The notes under the pieces are model-generated. The model was given only the letters and a program-made list of their open reading frames with translations. It searched no databases and was not told where the DNA came from. The translations under genes and the position numbers were made by a program. From a virus, in IMG/VR virus record IMGVR_UViG_3300013099_000020: a stretch of DNA of 64,000 bases; one strand, written 5' to 3'. Each line of letters begins with the position of its first letter. The stretch's first letter is position 1. This document shows, piece by piece, positions 34,855 through 42,846 of this stretch.

Positions 34855-35636
34855 TCGATGTGCTGCTGGTAGAGGATGATGAGGGCGAAGCCTTCGTCAT
34901 CGCGCGCCTACTGGGTGAGGCTGTCGATGTACGGTTCACGGTGGCGCATGTCACCACACTGAAGAGCTGCCTACAGTATCTGGAGCTGAGGAAACCCGAC
35001 ATCGTACTGTTGGATCTCTCACTCCCCGACTTCCATGGGTATGACACTGTCGTGGAGTACACCAAGCACGCAGAGACCCCCTTCCTTGTGCTCACGGGGA
35101 ATGATGACATGCACATGGCTGCACGCTCTATGGGTCTAGGAGCGCAGGACTATGTTTTGAAGAACGATCTCCAGGCGCGGAAGCTGGAGATGTCGATCTT
35201 GTTGGCTGTTCGTCGCCATAATGCACAGACCGTTTCTCGAAAGCTTGAGCACTCTTCACGCACGTTGGTGTTTGATGGGAATGAGACGCGGGCAACACTG
35301 TCCATGGTGCGCCCCCATATCGAGGAGCTGATTGCGGCTATCGAAGATCTTGAGGACCACCTACGACGTAACGCCCCAAACACCATGGATGATGTCGAAG
35401 CCCTCCTGAAAAAGCATCATGTACACCCCACCATCCGTGAGGTTCAGAGCATTCTGCGGCTTCAAAAGGAAGTGCGCCCAACGCGCTCTCGATCAATATC
35501 GGAGCAAGCCATTCAGATGATAGAGGGGGTTGTCACGAGAAGGCAGGCAAAAGACTCTGAGGCCCCTCAAGACTTCTCTACCGCAGAGGCTGACCTTCTA
35601 GATGTGATCAATCGCCGTGAGGGTGGCAATGGCTGA
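34845..35636 (+). CDS. response regulator: REC domain plus ~140-aa C-terminal domain of unknown function
   Basis: VLLVEDDEGE ... IVLLDLSLP ... LVLTGNDD; the C-terminal half has no recognisable output domain. Confidence 0.7.
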   Translation: MSIIDVLLVEDDEGEAFVIARLLGEAVDVRFTVAHVTTLKSCLQYLELRKPDIVLLDLSLPDFHGYDTVVEYTKHAETPFLVLTGNDDMHMAARSMGLGAQDYVLKNDLQARKLEMSILLAVRRHNAQTVSRKLEHSSRTLVFDGNETRATLSMVRPHIEELIAAIEDLEDHLRRNAPNTMDDVEALLKKHHVHPTIREVQSILRLQKEVRPTRSRSISEQAIQMIEGVVTRRQAKDSEAPQDFSTAEADLLDVINRREGGNG

Positions 35637-36039
35637 CGGGAATAAAGTGTACATCCAGCTCTCCAAGGAAATCGCCGAACTAGATAAGGACCTGACCCGT
35701 GGGCTGGCCTCAGTCGGGTATATGGCGAAGGCGAACAAGGGTGACCTTGATCGTCTCATTGAGCGGGTCGAGAAGCTGGAGGAAGAACTTCAGGCAGTGC
35801 GGCGACGTGAGGCCGCCAATGGGGTGCGGCTGCACACCCTCGAAGATGCGAAGAAGGACCACACAGGCAAGTTCGAGACGATCTCTAGCCAAGGGTTCCA
35901 TGTCGCTGTTGAAAACAAGAAGGCTCGCACTGAGAGCATGAAGGCTCGCCTAGCCTTTTGGGGGCCTATCGCCCTCCTGATCATCGCGAATGTCATCTCC
36001 CTTGCGCTGCACTGGGCTGGCATTAGTTTCGGAAACTGA
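35629..36039 (+). CDS. coiled-coil protein with C-terminal transmembrane helix
   Basis: ATG at 35629; C-terminal FWGPIALLIIANVISLALHWAGI. Confidence 0.45.
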   Translation: MADGNKVYIQLSKEIAELDKDLTRGLASVGYMAKANKGDLDRLIERVEKLEEELQAVRRREAANGVRLHTLEDAKKDHTGKFETISSQGFHVAVENKKARTESMKARLAFWGPIALLIIANVISLALHWAGISFGN

Positions 36040-36040
36040 C

Positions 36041-37735
36041 ATGGTTGACCCCCTCACTGAGCATACAGACCCTAACCAGCGCTGCACCTGTGGGTGGAAG
36101 CGTTTCAGGGAGATCAGTGTCTCGGCAGAGGAGTCAACCACTCGTTGGGTTCTCTATGATACAGGTACGCCCGGCGGCTTCGGGGCATCGGAGTTCGGCA
36201 CCTACTTCGGGGCAGGCACCTCGGGGGCATACGGGGAGTTCGAGACTACACTGAGGTCCTGTAGTGCAGAGGTGCGGTGCGAGAACTGCACCCGCCTCCG
36301 GCTGACCAAGCTCGTCTCATCGAGCACAATCTTCGGAGCGTACGTCCAGGGATCGGATTTCTATGTGGTGACGGGGGATGTCCTTGATGTCGGATGCCTC
36401 ACTGTCGAGTGGCGGGGCCCCGTCACCCTCACGTCCTTCCTGAAGATTACGAGTGACACTCAGCTCCCCCTGCTCATCTCCGATACACCTCTCAATGGCC
36501 CTCTACCCGCGCCCCCTGTCGGGGCGGCTGTGGCGGATGTGCTACTGAAGACCTCGTTGCCTCAGGCCCCCGTCGAGGGGGATTACGAGGCGGTCCTTGT
36601 GAACAGCTGTTGTGGCTTCGAGATCCCTCTGGGTACAATCTCGTTGGAGGTTGATGTGGTTGTCCTGATTCCCACCGATGCAGAACTGTCCGCCTGGCAG
36701 CCCTTTGAGGTTGGGACCTCGGGGTATCCCCTCTCCCCCCAGCAGCCTGGAGGGGTCGGCAAGGGCATCCCCTTCGACTACTGCTCGGCGGTGATCGAGT
36801 ATGACCCTCGGTTCGAGACGCTCCCGGACGCCCAGGGCTGGACCCACGTCGCAGGTGGCGACAGTGATTCGGGAGATCCTACCGACTGGGCCCTCGTTGA
36901 CGGCAATGTGCTGGCGGGCACCACCCCGGGCAGCACCAACCCCTCCTACTGGGAGCAGGTCTTCCTCTTCCCCAGCGCTCCTGCCAACAGCGTGGTCTAC
37001 GGGCACTCGGAGTTCCTGTACGACGACGAGGCAGGATCTCACGTAGAGGTGGGTGGCGGTCTCGACTTCCAGGCACGCCATGGGCTCGATAGCAGCCCTT
37101 TCACAGGTGTTCGCTGGAACCGCGAAGCGGGAGATCTCTATGGGACTCGGCTCGATGGTGCCTCTGAAGGGGAGACCATCTACACATTGCAGAATCAGGC
37201 GGAGGGCTACCACCGTGCTGGGGGCTTCTCCGCAGGACTCGGCGCCGAGACCATCAACTACAACGATACCCAGGATGACACCTTCGCCTTGGGGACTGAT
37301 GGGACTGCCGTAGGGGATCAGCTCCTGGCCCGTTTCGGAGACACCGTAGGTGAAGGGGTCACAGATGCCCGCGTCCGAGCCTTCCACATCTCACACCCTG
37401 GGCGGTTCCTCCGGGCATGGTTCCGGACCTACACGACCGTAGCCGCCCCTGTGCTGCGCCTTTACTTGGCTTTGGATGCCGGAGGCTCCGGGGAGAACTT
37501 GGCGCGCTTCAAGGTTCGCTACGGCCCGGCAGTATCCAATCAGGTCCCCACCCTCACGGCGGATGTCTCCGTCAACTTCACGGCGCGCAACACCCTCTTC
37601 GAGGTAGCGCTCAACCTGCCGAACCTCACCCCCAACACCCCCCTGTGGTTCACCGTCGAACGGGACTGGACCCATGCAGACAATCGGACTGAGGCGACAG
37701 CCTGGCTGACGCAGGCAACCGTTCGAGGGGCATGA
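36041..37735 (+). CDS. virion structural protein (564 aa), function unknown
   Basis: ATG at 36041 right after the previous stop; Gly/Thr/Asp-rich beta-type composition. Confidence 0.5.
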   Translation: MVDPLTEHTDPNQRCTCGWKRFREISVSAEESTTRWVLYDTGTPGGFGASEFGTYFGAGTSGAYGEFETTLRSCSAEVRCENCTRLRLTKLVSSSTIFGAYVQGSDFYVVTGDVLDVGCLTVEWRGPVTLTSFLKITSDTQLPLLISDTPLNGPLPAPPVGAAVADVLLKTSLPQAPVEGDYEAVLVNSCCGFEIPLGTISLEVDVVVLIPTDAELSAWQPFEVGTSGYPLSPQQPGGVGKGIPFDYCSAVIEYDPRFETLPDAQGWTHVAGGDSDSGDPTDWALVDGNVLAGTTPGSTNPSYWEQVFLFPSAPANSVVYGHSEFLYDDEAGSHVEVGGGLDFQARHGLDSSPFTGVRWNREAGDLYGTRLDGASEGETIYTLQNQAEGYHRAGGFSAGLGAETINYNDTQDDTFALGTDGTAVGDQLLARFGDTVGEGVTDARVRAFHISHPGRFLRAWFRTYTTVAAPVLRLYLALDAGGSGENLARFKVRYGPAVSNQVPTLTADVSVNFTARNTLFEVALNLPNLTPNTPLWFTVERDWTHADNRTEATAWLTQATVRGA

Positions 37736-37947
37736 TGGATATCCTGGTCCTCAAGGCCTTCGCCAAGCATGCCTCTAGCTGGGATCCCGGAAGCCTGGAG
37801 GCAGCAGCGATGCCTCAGCAAGAGTTCGAGGCCCTGTACAACAAGCTGCCGCACCAGATCGCGAAAAGGGAAGAGCAGCAGAAGCGCGAGAAGGCCAAGG
37901 CACAAAGCTCGGGCCCGTTTGCCTGGTTGCAGAAGCTCCTGCCATGA
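37732..37947 (+). CDS. hypothetical small protein
   Basis: ORF with ATGA overlap. Confidence 0.35.
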   Translation: MMDILVLKAFAKHASSWDPGSLEAAAMPQQEFEALYNKLPHQIAKREEQQKREKAKAQSSGPFAWLQKLLP

Positions 37948-38216
37948 GGCTCGTCCAGGACAACGGCGGCCGGCTTGAAGTCACGTGGACCTGGCTGCCC
38001 TTCTGGCTCGCTACGAATCCAGCCCTCAAGGAGCAGGTCGAGCGCGAGCTGCGAGACGGTGTCCTGATGGGCGGGGTGACCGACTCCCCCGAAGACATGG
38101 ACGCCATGCATGACTTCGTAGTTCGCAGGCTCCAGGAGCTTTTCCCCTCCCACGATGGGCTCGCTGAGTACCTGGATGGGCTGAAGTACGTACGAGAAAC
38201 TCAGCCACCCGCTTGA
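37944..38216 (+). CDS. hypothetical protein
   Basis: ORF with ATGA overlap. Confidence 0.4.
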   Translation: MRLVQDNGGRLEVTWTWLPFWLATNPALKEQVERELRDGVLMGGVTDSPEDMDAMHDFVVRRLQELFPSHDGLAEYLDGLKYVRETQPPA

Positions 38217-38262
38217 CATCGCACGTGTAAACGCGCTAGGTGTTTACACGTTTACATGGTCA
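38214..38262 (+). promoter_or_regulatory. putative promoter (TTGACA) overlapping palindromic operator ACGTGTAAAC-N8-GTTTACACGT plus an extra half-site GTTTACATGG
   Basis: Perfect 10-bp inverted repeat immediately upstream of a ribbon-helix-helix gene; TTGACA hexamer at 38214. Confidence 0.5.
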
Positions 38263-38477
38263 GGCAGAGGAAATCCAAACCGTTTGCTGTGCGCTTGCCT
38301 GTCTCCCTGGCGGAGTGGGTGGAGCGGTACGCCAAGGAGCAAGGGGTTACGAAGACTGAGGTCATGGAGGCCGCGGTGGAGAAGCTCAAGGTCTCTGAGG
38401 GGCGTCGGCTCAACGGGAAGCGGAAGTTCCTGCTGGAGACTATCGCAAGGACTAAGGATGGAACAAAGCACCCGTAG
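38256..38477 (+). CDS. ribbon-helix-helix (CopG/Arc-like) DNA-binding protein
   Basis: KPFAVRLPVSLAEWVERYAKEQGVTKTEVMEAAVEKL has the N-terminal beta-strand plus two helices typical of RHH repressors/antitoxins. Confidence 0.6.
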   Translation: MVRQRKSKPFAVRLPVSLAEWVERYAKEQGVTKTEVMEAAVEKLKVSEGRRLNGKRKFLLETIARTKDGTKHP

Positions 38478-38982
38478 GCACGACGAGCCCCTACCCAGCA
38501 CGTTCGATGGAGTCATGGCCTACCTGAAGAAGGTCTTGGTTCTCCCGAGCGTGCAGAAGGTGGAGGTGACCCCCTCTCAGATCTCGGTGTTCCGAGAGGT
38601 ACGAGAGGGGGAGGCCGTCGTCCCGGGTGGGGATGTCGCCGAGGTTGAGGTTGATATCGGCGATCTGATCCGAAGCATCGAACTTGTGAACCACGAGTTC
38701 ATCCCAGGGGAGCACCCCTACATCTCCTTGGAGCGGGCCGCCCGGACCCTCACCGAGGAGGACATGTTCGTGACTCACATCCTCGCCCCGGAAGGGGAGT
38801 GGTTGTCTGCTTGGCTCAGCCTCGATTACGTCCCACCGCAAGAAGGCCGTGTGCTGGGGATGAAGGTGATGTACTCCACGAGTGATATGCTCGATGGTCG
38901 AGTACTCCTCCTTGGGTCCCCCAGCAGCGCGGGATTGTTGGTGGACACCACCAATGGCATCGTCATAGATATGGATACCTAA
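38461..38982 (+). CDS. hypothetical protein immediately downstream of and overlapping the RHH gene
   Basis: ATG at 38461 (17-nt overlap); no recognisable toxin fold. Confidence 0.4.
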   Translation, partial: EQSTRRHDEPLPSTFDGVMAYLKKVLVLPSVQKVEVTPSQISVFREVREGEAVVPGGDVAEVEVDIGDLIRSIELVNHEFIPGEHPYISLERAARTLTEEDMFVTHILAPEGEWLSAWLSLDYVPPQEGRVLGMKVMYSTSDMLDGRVLLLGSPSSAGLLVDTTNGIVIDMDT

Positions 38983-39455
38983 TGCGACTCGATCAAGCAC
39001 TCGCCAAGATCGGGGTTCAAGTCATTGAGGCGAACCCCCAAGCCGGACAGCTCACGATCCACCTGCGGGTGCTTCGAGACCACCAAGGTCTGAACGCATC
39101 GCGGTGGAACAAGGCTGCGTCGAAGCTCGTCACTCTGGCGGAGTCGAGTGGGCGGAAGTCCGGGTCCTGGGATGGCGAGGTCGCCAAGGTCCTATCCGCC
39201 AATGCAGGGGTGGTGACATACACTTGGAGGGTGGTCCTCACGGGCAACGTCAAGACAGCCCAGCGCATCTTCGGTGAGGCTGCTCTCGAAGCTCTGCGGA
39301 CGGGTGTCGAGGTCACCTCCGCCCCCCTCATCGGGCAGGTCCAGTACGAGTACGACCCCGCCAAGGGGAAGCTGAAGGGCGGGCATCCCGTCGGCTCAGC
39401 AGGTGACTCCGCTGGTCCTGCCAACATTGCGCCGCACTTCACACCGGGGATCTGA
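38982..39455 (+). CDS. hypothetical protein
   Basis: ORF with ATGA-type coupling. Confidence 0.45.
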   Translation: MRLDQALAKIGVQVIEANPQAGQLTIHLRVLRDHQGLNASRWNKAASKLVTLAESSGRKSGSWDGEVAKVLSANAGVVTYTWRVVLTGNVKTAQRIFGEAALEALRTGVEVTSAPLIGQVQYEYDPAKGKLKGGHPVGSAGDSAGPANIAPHFTPGI

Positions 39456-40135
39456 TGGGTAATCAAATAAGGTCAGACGGTGCATCGCGGGTCCCAGATG
39501 GCGTCGAGGACCTGGCCGCTATCGGGAACGAGTCTGAGATTGATTTGGAACTCGAAAAGCAGATCTCAGACCTGCTCGACCTGACGGAGGACAAGTCCAA
39601 AGCTCGCTTCAAGCTGGAGGTCATCTTCGCCGCAGAGCGGTCTCGGATGGAGAGTTACCCCGGGGTCATCGTTGCGTGGACCAACGGAGGCTTCGCCAGC
39701 GGCGGCGGAGATGAGGTCGTCTATTTTTGCACAGCCTCTGTTGAGAAGGACGGGGAGACCCGGAGCTGTAACGCCCCCCTCGACCTGAAGTTCGTCTCCA
39801 GGGAGATAGCGGTGTGCCCGACATGCTGCAATGTCATCAAACCTCAGGAACTTACCGGGCAGGTGATGGCGAGGCTGACCTCTCAGAACTGGGCCAAGCT
39901 CCTCACCCGGATGTTCATGCTCCTCGAAGCGAATGCGGACATCCGGATGGGCTTCATGCCTGGAGATCTACGTGGTGCGGCGAAGGTCGAGCAGGACAAG
40001 CCCCGGCACGGGGACGTACTGAACCGGGTTCGTTTGGAGCGGAACTGGGTTCACTACGCCCTCAAGGACATCATCCGAGACACCTCGACGGGCTCCTCTC
40101 TTTACCAAAGGATCCGCGTCTTCTTGGAGGCGTGA
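39455..40135 (+). CDS. hypothetical protein with CPTCC zinc-binding motif
   Basis: ORF. Confidence 0.5.
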   Translation: MGNQIRSDGASRVPDGVEDLAAIGNESEIDLELEKQISDLLDLTEDKSKARFKLEVIFAAERSRMESYPGVIVAWTNGGFASGGGDEVVYFCTASVEKDGETRSCNAPLDLKFVSREIAVCPTCCNVIKPQELTGQVMARLTSQNWAKLLTRMFMLLEANADIRMGFMPGDLRGAAKVEQDKPRHGDVLNRVRLERNWVHYALKDIIRDTSTGSSLYQRIRVFLEA

Positions 40136-40140
40136 GCACT

Positions 40141-40500
40141 ATGCCTACCGTCGGAGAAACGATTGCGAAGATCTCTGAGCTGAGGTCACGATGGGCGATA
40201 CTCCACGAGGTACTCGTGTATCTGGAGACGCACTACAAGTCCTCGGACGCAGGTCCGCCGGAGATCAAGATCCACACGAACGAGAACACCATTGTTCCGG
40301 AAGAGCACATCGACATTGAGGTCTCGAACATCACCCACCAAATGGATCAGATCAGCCAAGAGCTGGATGAGTGGGAGAAGCTCGTAGTGATGAGCCCAGG
40401 TGAGGAGCCTAAACCACCAAGAAAGAGGAAACCCCGTGGAGCTAAAAGTCAGCATCAGAATCAAACCCCCGCCGGAAACCGCGGACAAAAGAGTGGTTGA
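40141..40500 (+). CDS. hypothetical protein with basic C-terminal tail
   Basis: ATG at 40141 in the 39814..40500 frame. Confidence 0.45.
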   Translation: MPTVGETIAKISELRSRWAILHEVLVYLETHYKSSDAGPPEIKIHTNENTIVPEEHIDIEVSNITHQMDQISQELDEWEKLVVMSPGEEPKPPRKRKPRGAKSQHQNQTPAGNRGQKSG

Positions 40501-40666
40501 TCGTCTCCTCGATAAGGAGATCGTCAAGTTCGAGGAGTACTACTCACAGAAGCAGCGGGAGGCAGGGTTCGATGGAGCACCTCTCGCTACCTTCGAGCGG
40601 TCTGTCCTGAAGGGCTACCTCTACTTCGCCTCGACCGAGCGGAGGGACGACGATGTTGATGGATGA
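40436..40666 (+). CDS. hypothetical small protein
   Basis: Tail of the 40400..40666 ORF; start uncertain (GTG 40436 or ATG 40400). Confidence 0.35.
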   Translation: MELKVSIRIKPPPETADKRVVDRLLDKEIVKFEEYYSQKQREAGFDGAPLATFERSVLKGYLYFASTERRDDDVDG

Positions 40667-40928
40667 GCTGGTCTTCAAGCGTCAGTGTGGTCGATGCCCT
40701 GCGGTGGGGGAGATAGCCGTCACCTTCGACGAAATCAAGAAGGGCAAGGACCCAGGCAAGGACAAGTCCCGGGCGATGAAGATCGTCGTCGGAGGGAAGA
40801 CTCTCGTCGACCACGATTACCTCTGTGACGCCTGCCAGGAGATCACAGCCCGCTACATCGAGAGCATTGGGCGGGAGCTGGAGAAGAGGTCCTCGACCCG
40901 AGAGCGCAGGGCTGACGACGAGGAGTAG
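40653..40928 (+). CDS. small zinc-finger protein (CGRC...CDAC)
   Basis: ORF. Confidence 0.45.
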   Translation: MLMDELVFKRQCGRCPAVGEIAVTFDEIKKGKDPGKDKSRAMKIVVGGKTLVDHDYLCDACQEITARYIESIGRELEKRSSTRERRADDEE

Positions 40929-40939
40929 GGCAAAAGAAA

Positions 40940-40968
40940 AGCTGACCAGGTTGGGTAACCGGTCAGCT
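40940..40968. terminator. bidirectional terminator between convergent + and - gene blocks
   Basis: AGCTGACC-AGGTTGGGTAA-CCGGTCAGCT hairpin flanked by an A-run (5') and a T/C-rich tract (3'). Confidence 0.5.
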
Positions 40969-41207
40969 CTTCCCCAGAGACGGCAGAAGGGGGGGTACTG
41001 CGCCTCCGTCCCCGGTAGTCTAAGAGAGGGGCAGCTCCCCGTCGACTACCGGCGTCCTGAGAGAGTCGAGGATGCCTTTCGCAAGGGCTGCCTGCTCCTT
41101 GTGAGTGGGGATCTCTCCCCTTCGTTTCGGCCATACGGTGGGCCGCCCGCAGTCGGGCAGCTCCTCGCAAGGCGTACTTCCGCAACTGGGACAGACCCCC
41201 TGGGCCA

Positions 41208-41780
41208 CTAGGCCTTCTCCTGCATGCCGGCCGGGGCCCTCGACCCCTGTACGATCTGGATCTTCGCACAGTTCAGGAAGTAGGCCGCCTGCTTGACCCT
41301 CTTCCGTGCTGCCTTGTGTGGGTCCCATACTTTGCGACCCTGCACCCCCTTGGGGGCGCTTTGGTGTTTCGGACCCAGTTGGGGTACGAACTTCGCGAGG
41401 TCCTCAATCGCGAGCTTCTCCCTTCGGCGAAGCTCTCGCATCGGGTCGTCCCCGTGGGCCACGAAGTGTAGCCCTGCATGCTCCCGGAGTGGGAGCCGTA
41501 GCGCCACGTTGGGTTCCCCCTCCGCAGCCATCTCTTCGATGCCGGCGACCTCGGGGAGGTCGGGCTTCGGGGTGTTGCCCTCGTTGGGCTTGGAGCTGTC
41601 GAGGCGCCCGGTCTTGACTCCGGCAGCCATGTCGGGGTGACTCATCATGCTTTCGTAGGTCGCCACGAGGCGCCCCTTGGTCGCACGAGTCATGCCCGTG
41701 GCTTCTCCCGGAAAATCTTCCTTGAGCTGCTGGTACATGTCATCCCGCTTGAGAGCTTTGAACTTTTTGATGGTGATCAT
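41208..41780 (-). CDS. hypothetical protein (minus-strand island)
   Basis: ORF; GAGGAGGAGACTTCCTCAGAAGGAAACT upstream of the start; upstream motif CTTATTAGCC. Confidence 0.5.
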   Translation of the reverse strand: MITIKKFKALKRDDMYQQLKEDFPGEATGMTRATKGRLVATYESMMSHPDMAAGVKTGRLDSSKPNEGNTPKPDLPEVAGIEEMAAEGEPNVALRLPLREHAGLHFVAHGDDPMRELRRREKLAIEDLAKFVPQLGPKHQSAPKGVQGRKVWDPHKAARKRVKQAAYFLNCAKIQIVQGSRAPAGMQEKA

Positions 41781-41812
41781 AGTTTCCTTCTGAGGAAGTC
41801 TCCTCCTCAGTT

Positions 41813-41822
41813 GGCTAATAAG
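41813..41822 (-). promoter_or_regulatory. conserved upstream motif variant CTTATTAGCC (minus strand)
   Basis: 33 nt upstream of the minus-strand start at 41780. Confidence 0.4.
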
Positions 41823-41830
41823 CCGATCGG

Positions 41831-42499
41831 CTATGCATTTACCGTGTGGCGAAGCTGAGGCAGGGCTTCATCGATCATCGTGTAGAACTCCGGCAGAGTG
41901 CCTGTGTTGTCGAGCACCTTGTCGAAGATCGAGAGGCTGATGTTGGCCAGCTCAGCTTCACTGGCGTGGCTGAAGCGCTGCTCACCTCGAAGGAGCCTCG
42001 CAACCACCCCACCTGCATCCTTGATACCCACGACTTCGTTTAGGAAGCGGCAGTCGGGGATCACCCAGTCCTCTTCCCCTATGTCCACACGTCGTCGGAT
42101 GTGGCTGAGGCAGGCATCCACCCAGATGTTCGGGTAGAGGGTGCGCCCCCACTCTGTGCCAAGCGTCTGGAGCGCCAGGCGCGGGGTGACGAACTCCCTG
42201 TAGTGGACGTCGCAGGCCTCGCACCACCAGATGGCCCATTCAGGCATGGCGTCTTTGTGCCAGCGCCGGCATCCTTGTTGGCAGTGTGGGCAGGTCCCTG
42301 AGAACAGGTAGCGTGTGTCCTCCTCTTCCCTGAAGGAGCTGGGTCCGTAGAGCTGCTCATCGGAGAAGTCGAAAGCGATCCGTGCGGCCTCCTTCAGGGG
42401 GAAGGCGAAGCTGACCTTGTTGAACCCGTGGTGGGCTACGAGGTGATCGGCGAAGGTGTCCTTCCCCGAGCCAGCGAACCCACACACCCCTATGATCAT
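41831..42499 (-). CDS. deoxynucleoside-monophosphate kinase-like P-loop kinase (T4 gp1-like) with inserted zinc finger
   Basis: N-terminus MIIGVCGFAGSGKDTFADHL parallels T4 dNMP kinase MKLIFLSGVKRSGKDTTADF; insert CPHCQ...C...CEAC; the track start at 42631 adds a P/R-rich junk-like extension, so the ATG at 42499 is preferred. Confidence 0.6.
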   Translation of the reverse strand: MIIGVCGFAGSGKDTFADHLVAHHGFNKVSFAFPLKEAARIAFDFSDEQLYGPSSFREEEDTRYLFSGTCPHCQQGCRRWHKDAMPEWAIWWCEACDVHYREFVTPRLALQTLGTEWGRTLYPNIWVDACLSHIRRRVDIGEEDWVIPDCRFLNEVVGIKDAGGVVARLLRGEQRFSHASEAELANISLSIFDKVLDNTGTLPEFYTMIDEALPQLRHTVNA

Positions 42500-42792
42500 G
42501 CGCCCCCCTCTTCGTCTCGGGACGCCTGGATAGCTTGGGACGCCCGGATGTCGATGGATTGGGAATGGACTGCGCGGGTTCGGGCCTCTTCGCAGAGGCG
42601 TTCCAGAGCCCCTATCTCTTCCATAGACCACTCGTTACGGGCCTCCGGGTTGGCTTCGAGAGCCTCTGGGGGTACTACTTTGGTGATGGAGGCCTTCAGT
42701 TTGCGGTGAAGCCCTTCCCCTTCCCAGTAGGTGAGGAGCTGTACGTCTCCGATCCTAAGTAGAAGATCCTCGGTCTTGGTTTTTTTCGGCAT
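42496..42792 (-). CDS. hypothetical protein
   Basis: ORF; ATGA-coupled to the kinase gene; conserved motif 18 nt upstream. Confidence 0.45.
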   Translation of the reverse strand: MPKKTKTEDLLLRIGDVQLLTYWEGEGLHRKLKASITKVVPPEALEANPEARNEWSMEEIGALERLCEEARTRAVHSQSIDIRASQAIQASRDEEGGA

Positions 42793-42809
42793 GTATTTTC
42801 CTTTCGCTG

Positions 42810-42819
42810 TGCTGATAGG
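42810..42819 (-). promoter_or_regulatory. conserved upstream motif CCTATCAGCA (minus strand)
   Basis: 18 nt upstream of the minus-strand start at 42792. Confidence 0.5.
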
Positions 42820-42846
42820 CAGATGAGATAGACTACTCGGAGCACG

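Noticed and set aside
42500-42631. N-terminal extension of the kinase ORF (MVYGRDRGSGTPLRRGPNPRSPF...)
   Set aside because: P/R/G-rich composition and overlap with the upstream gene (42496..42792). The P-loop N-terminus MIIGVCGFAGSGKDT is a much better start.
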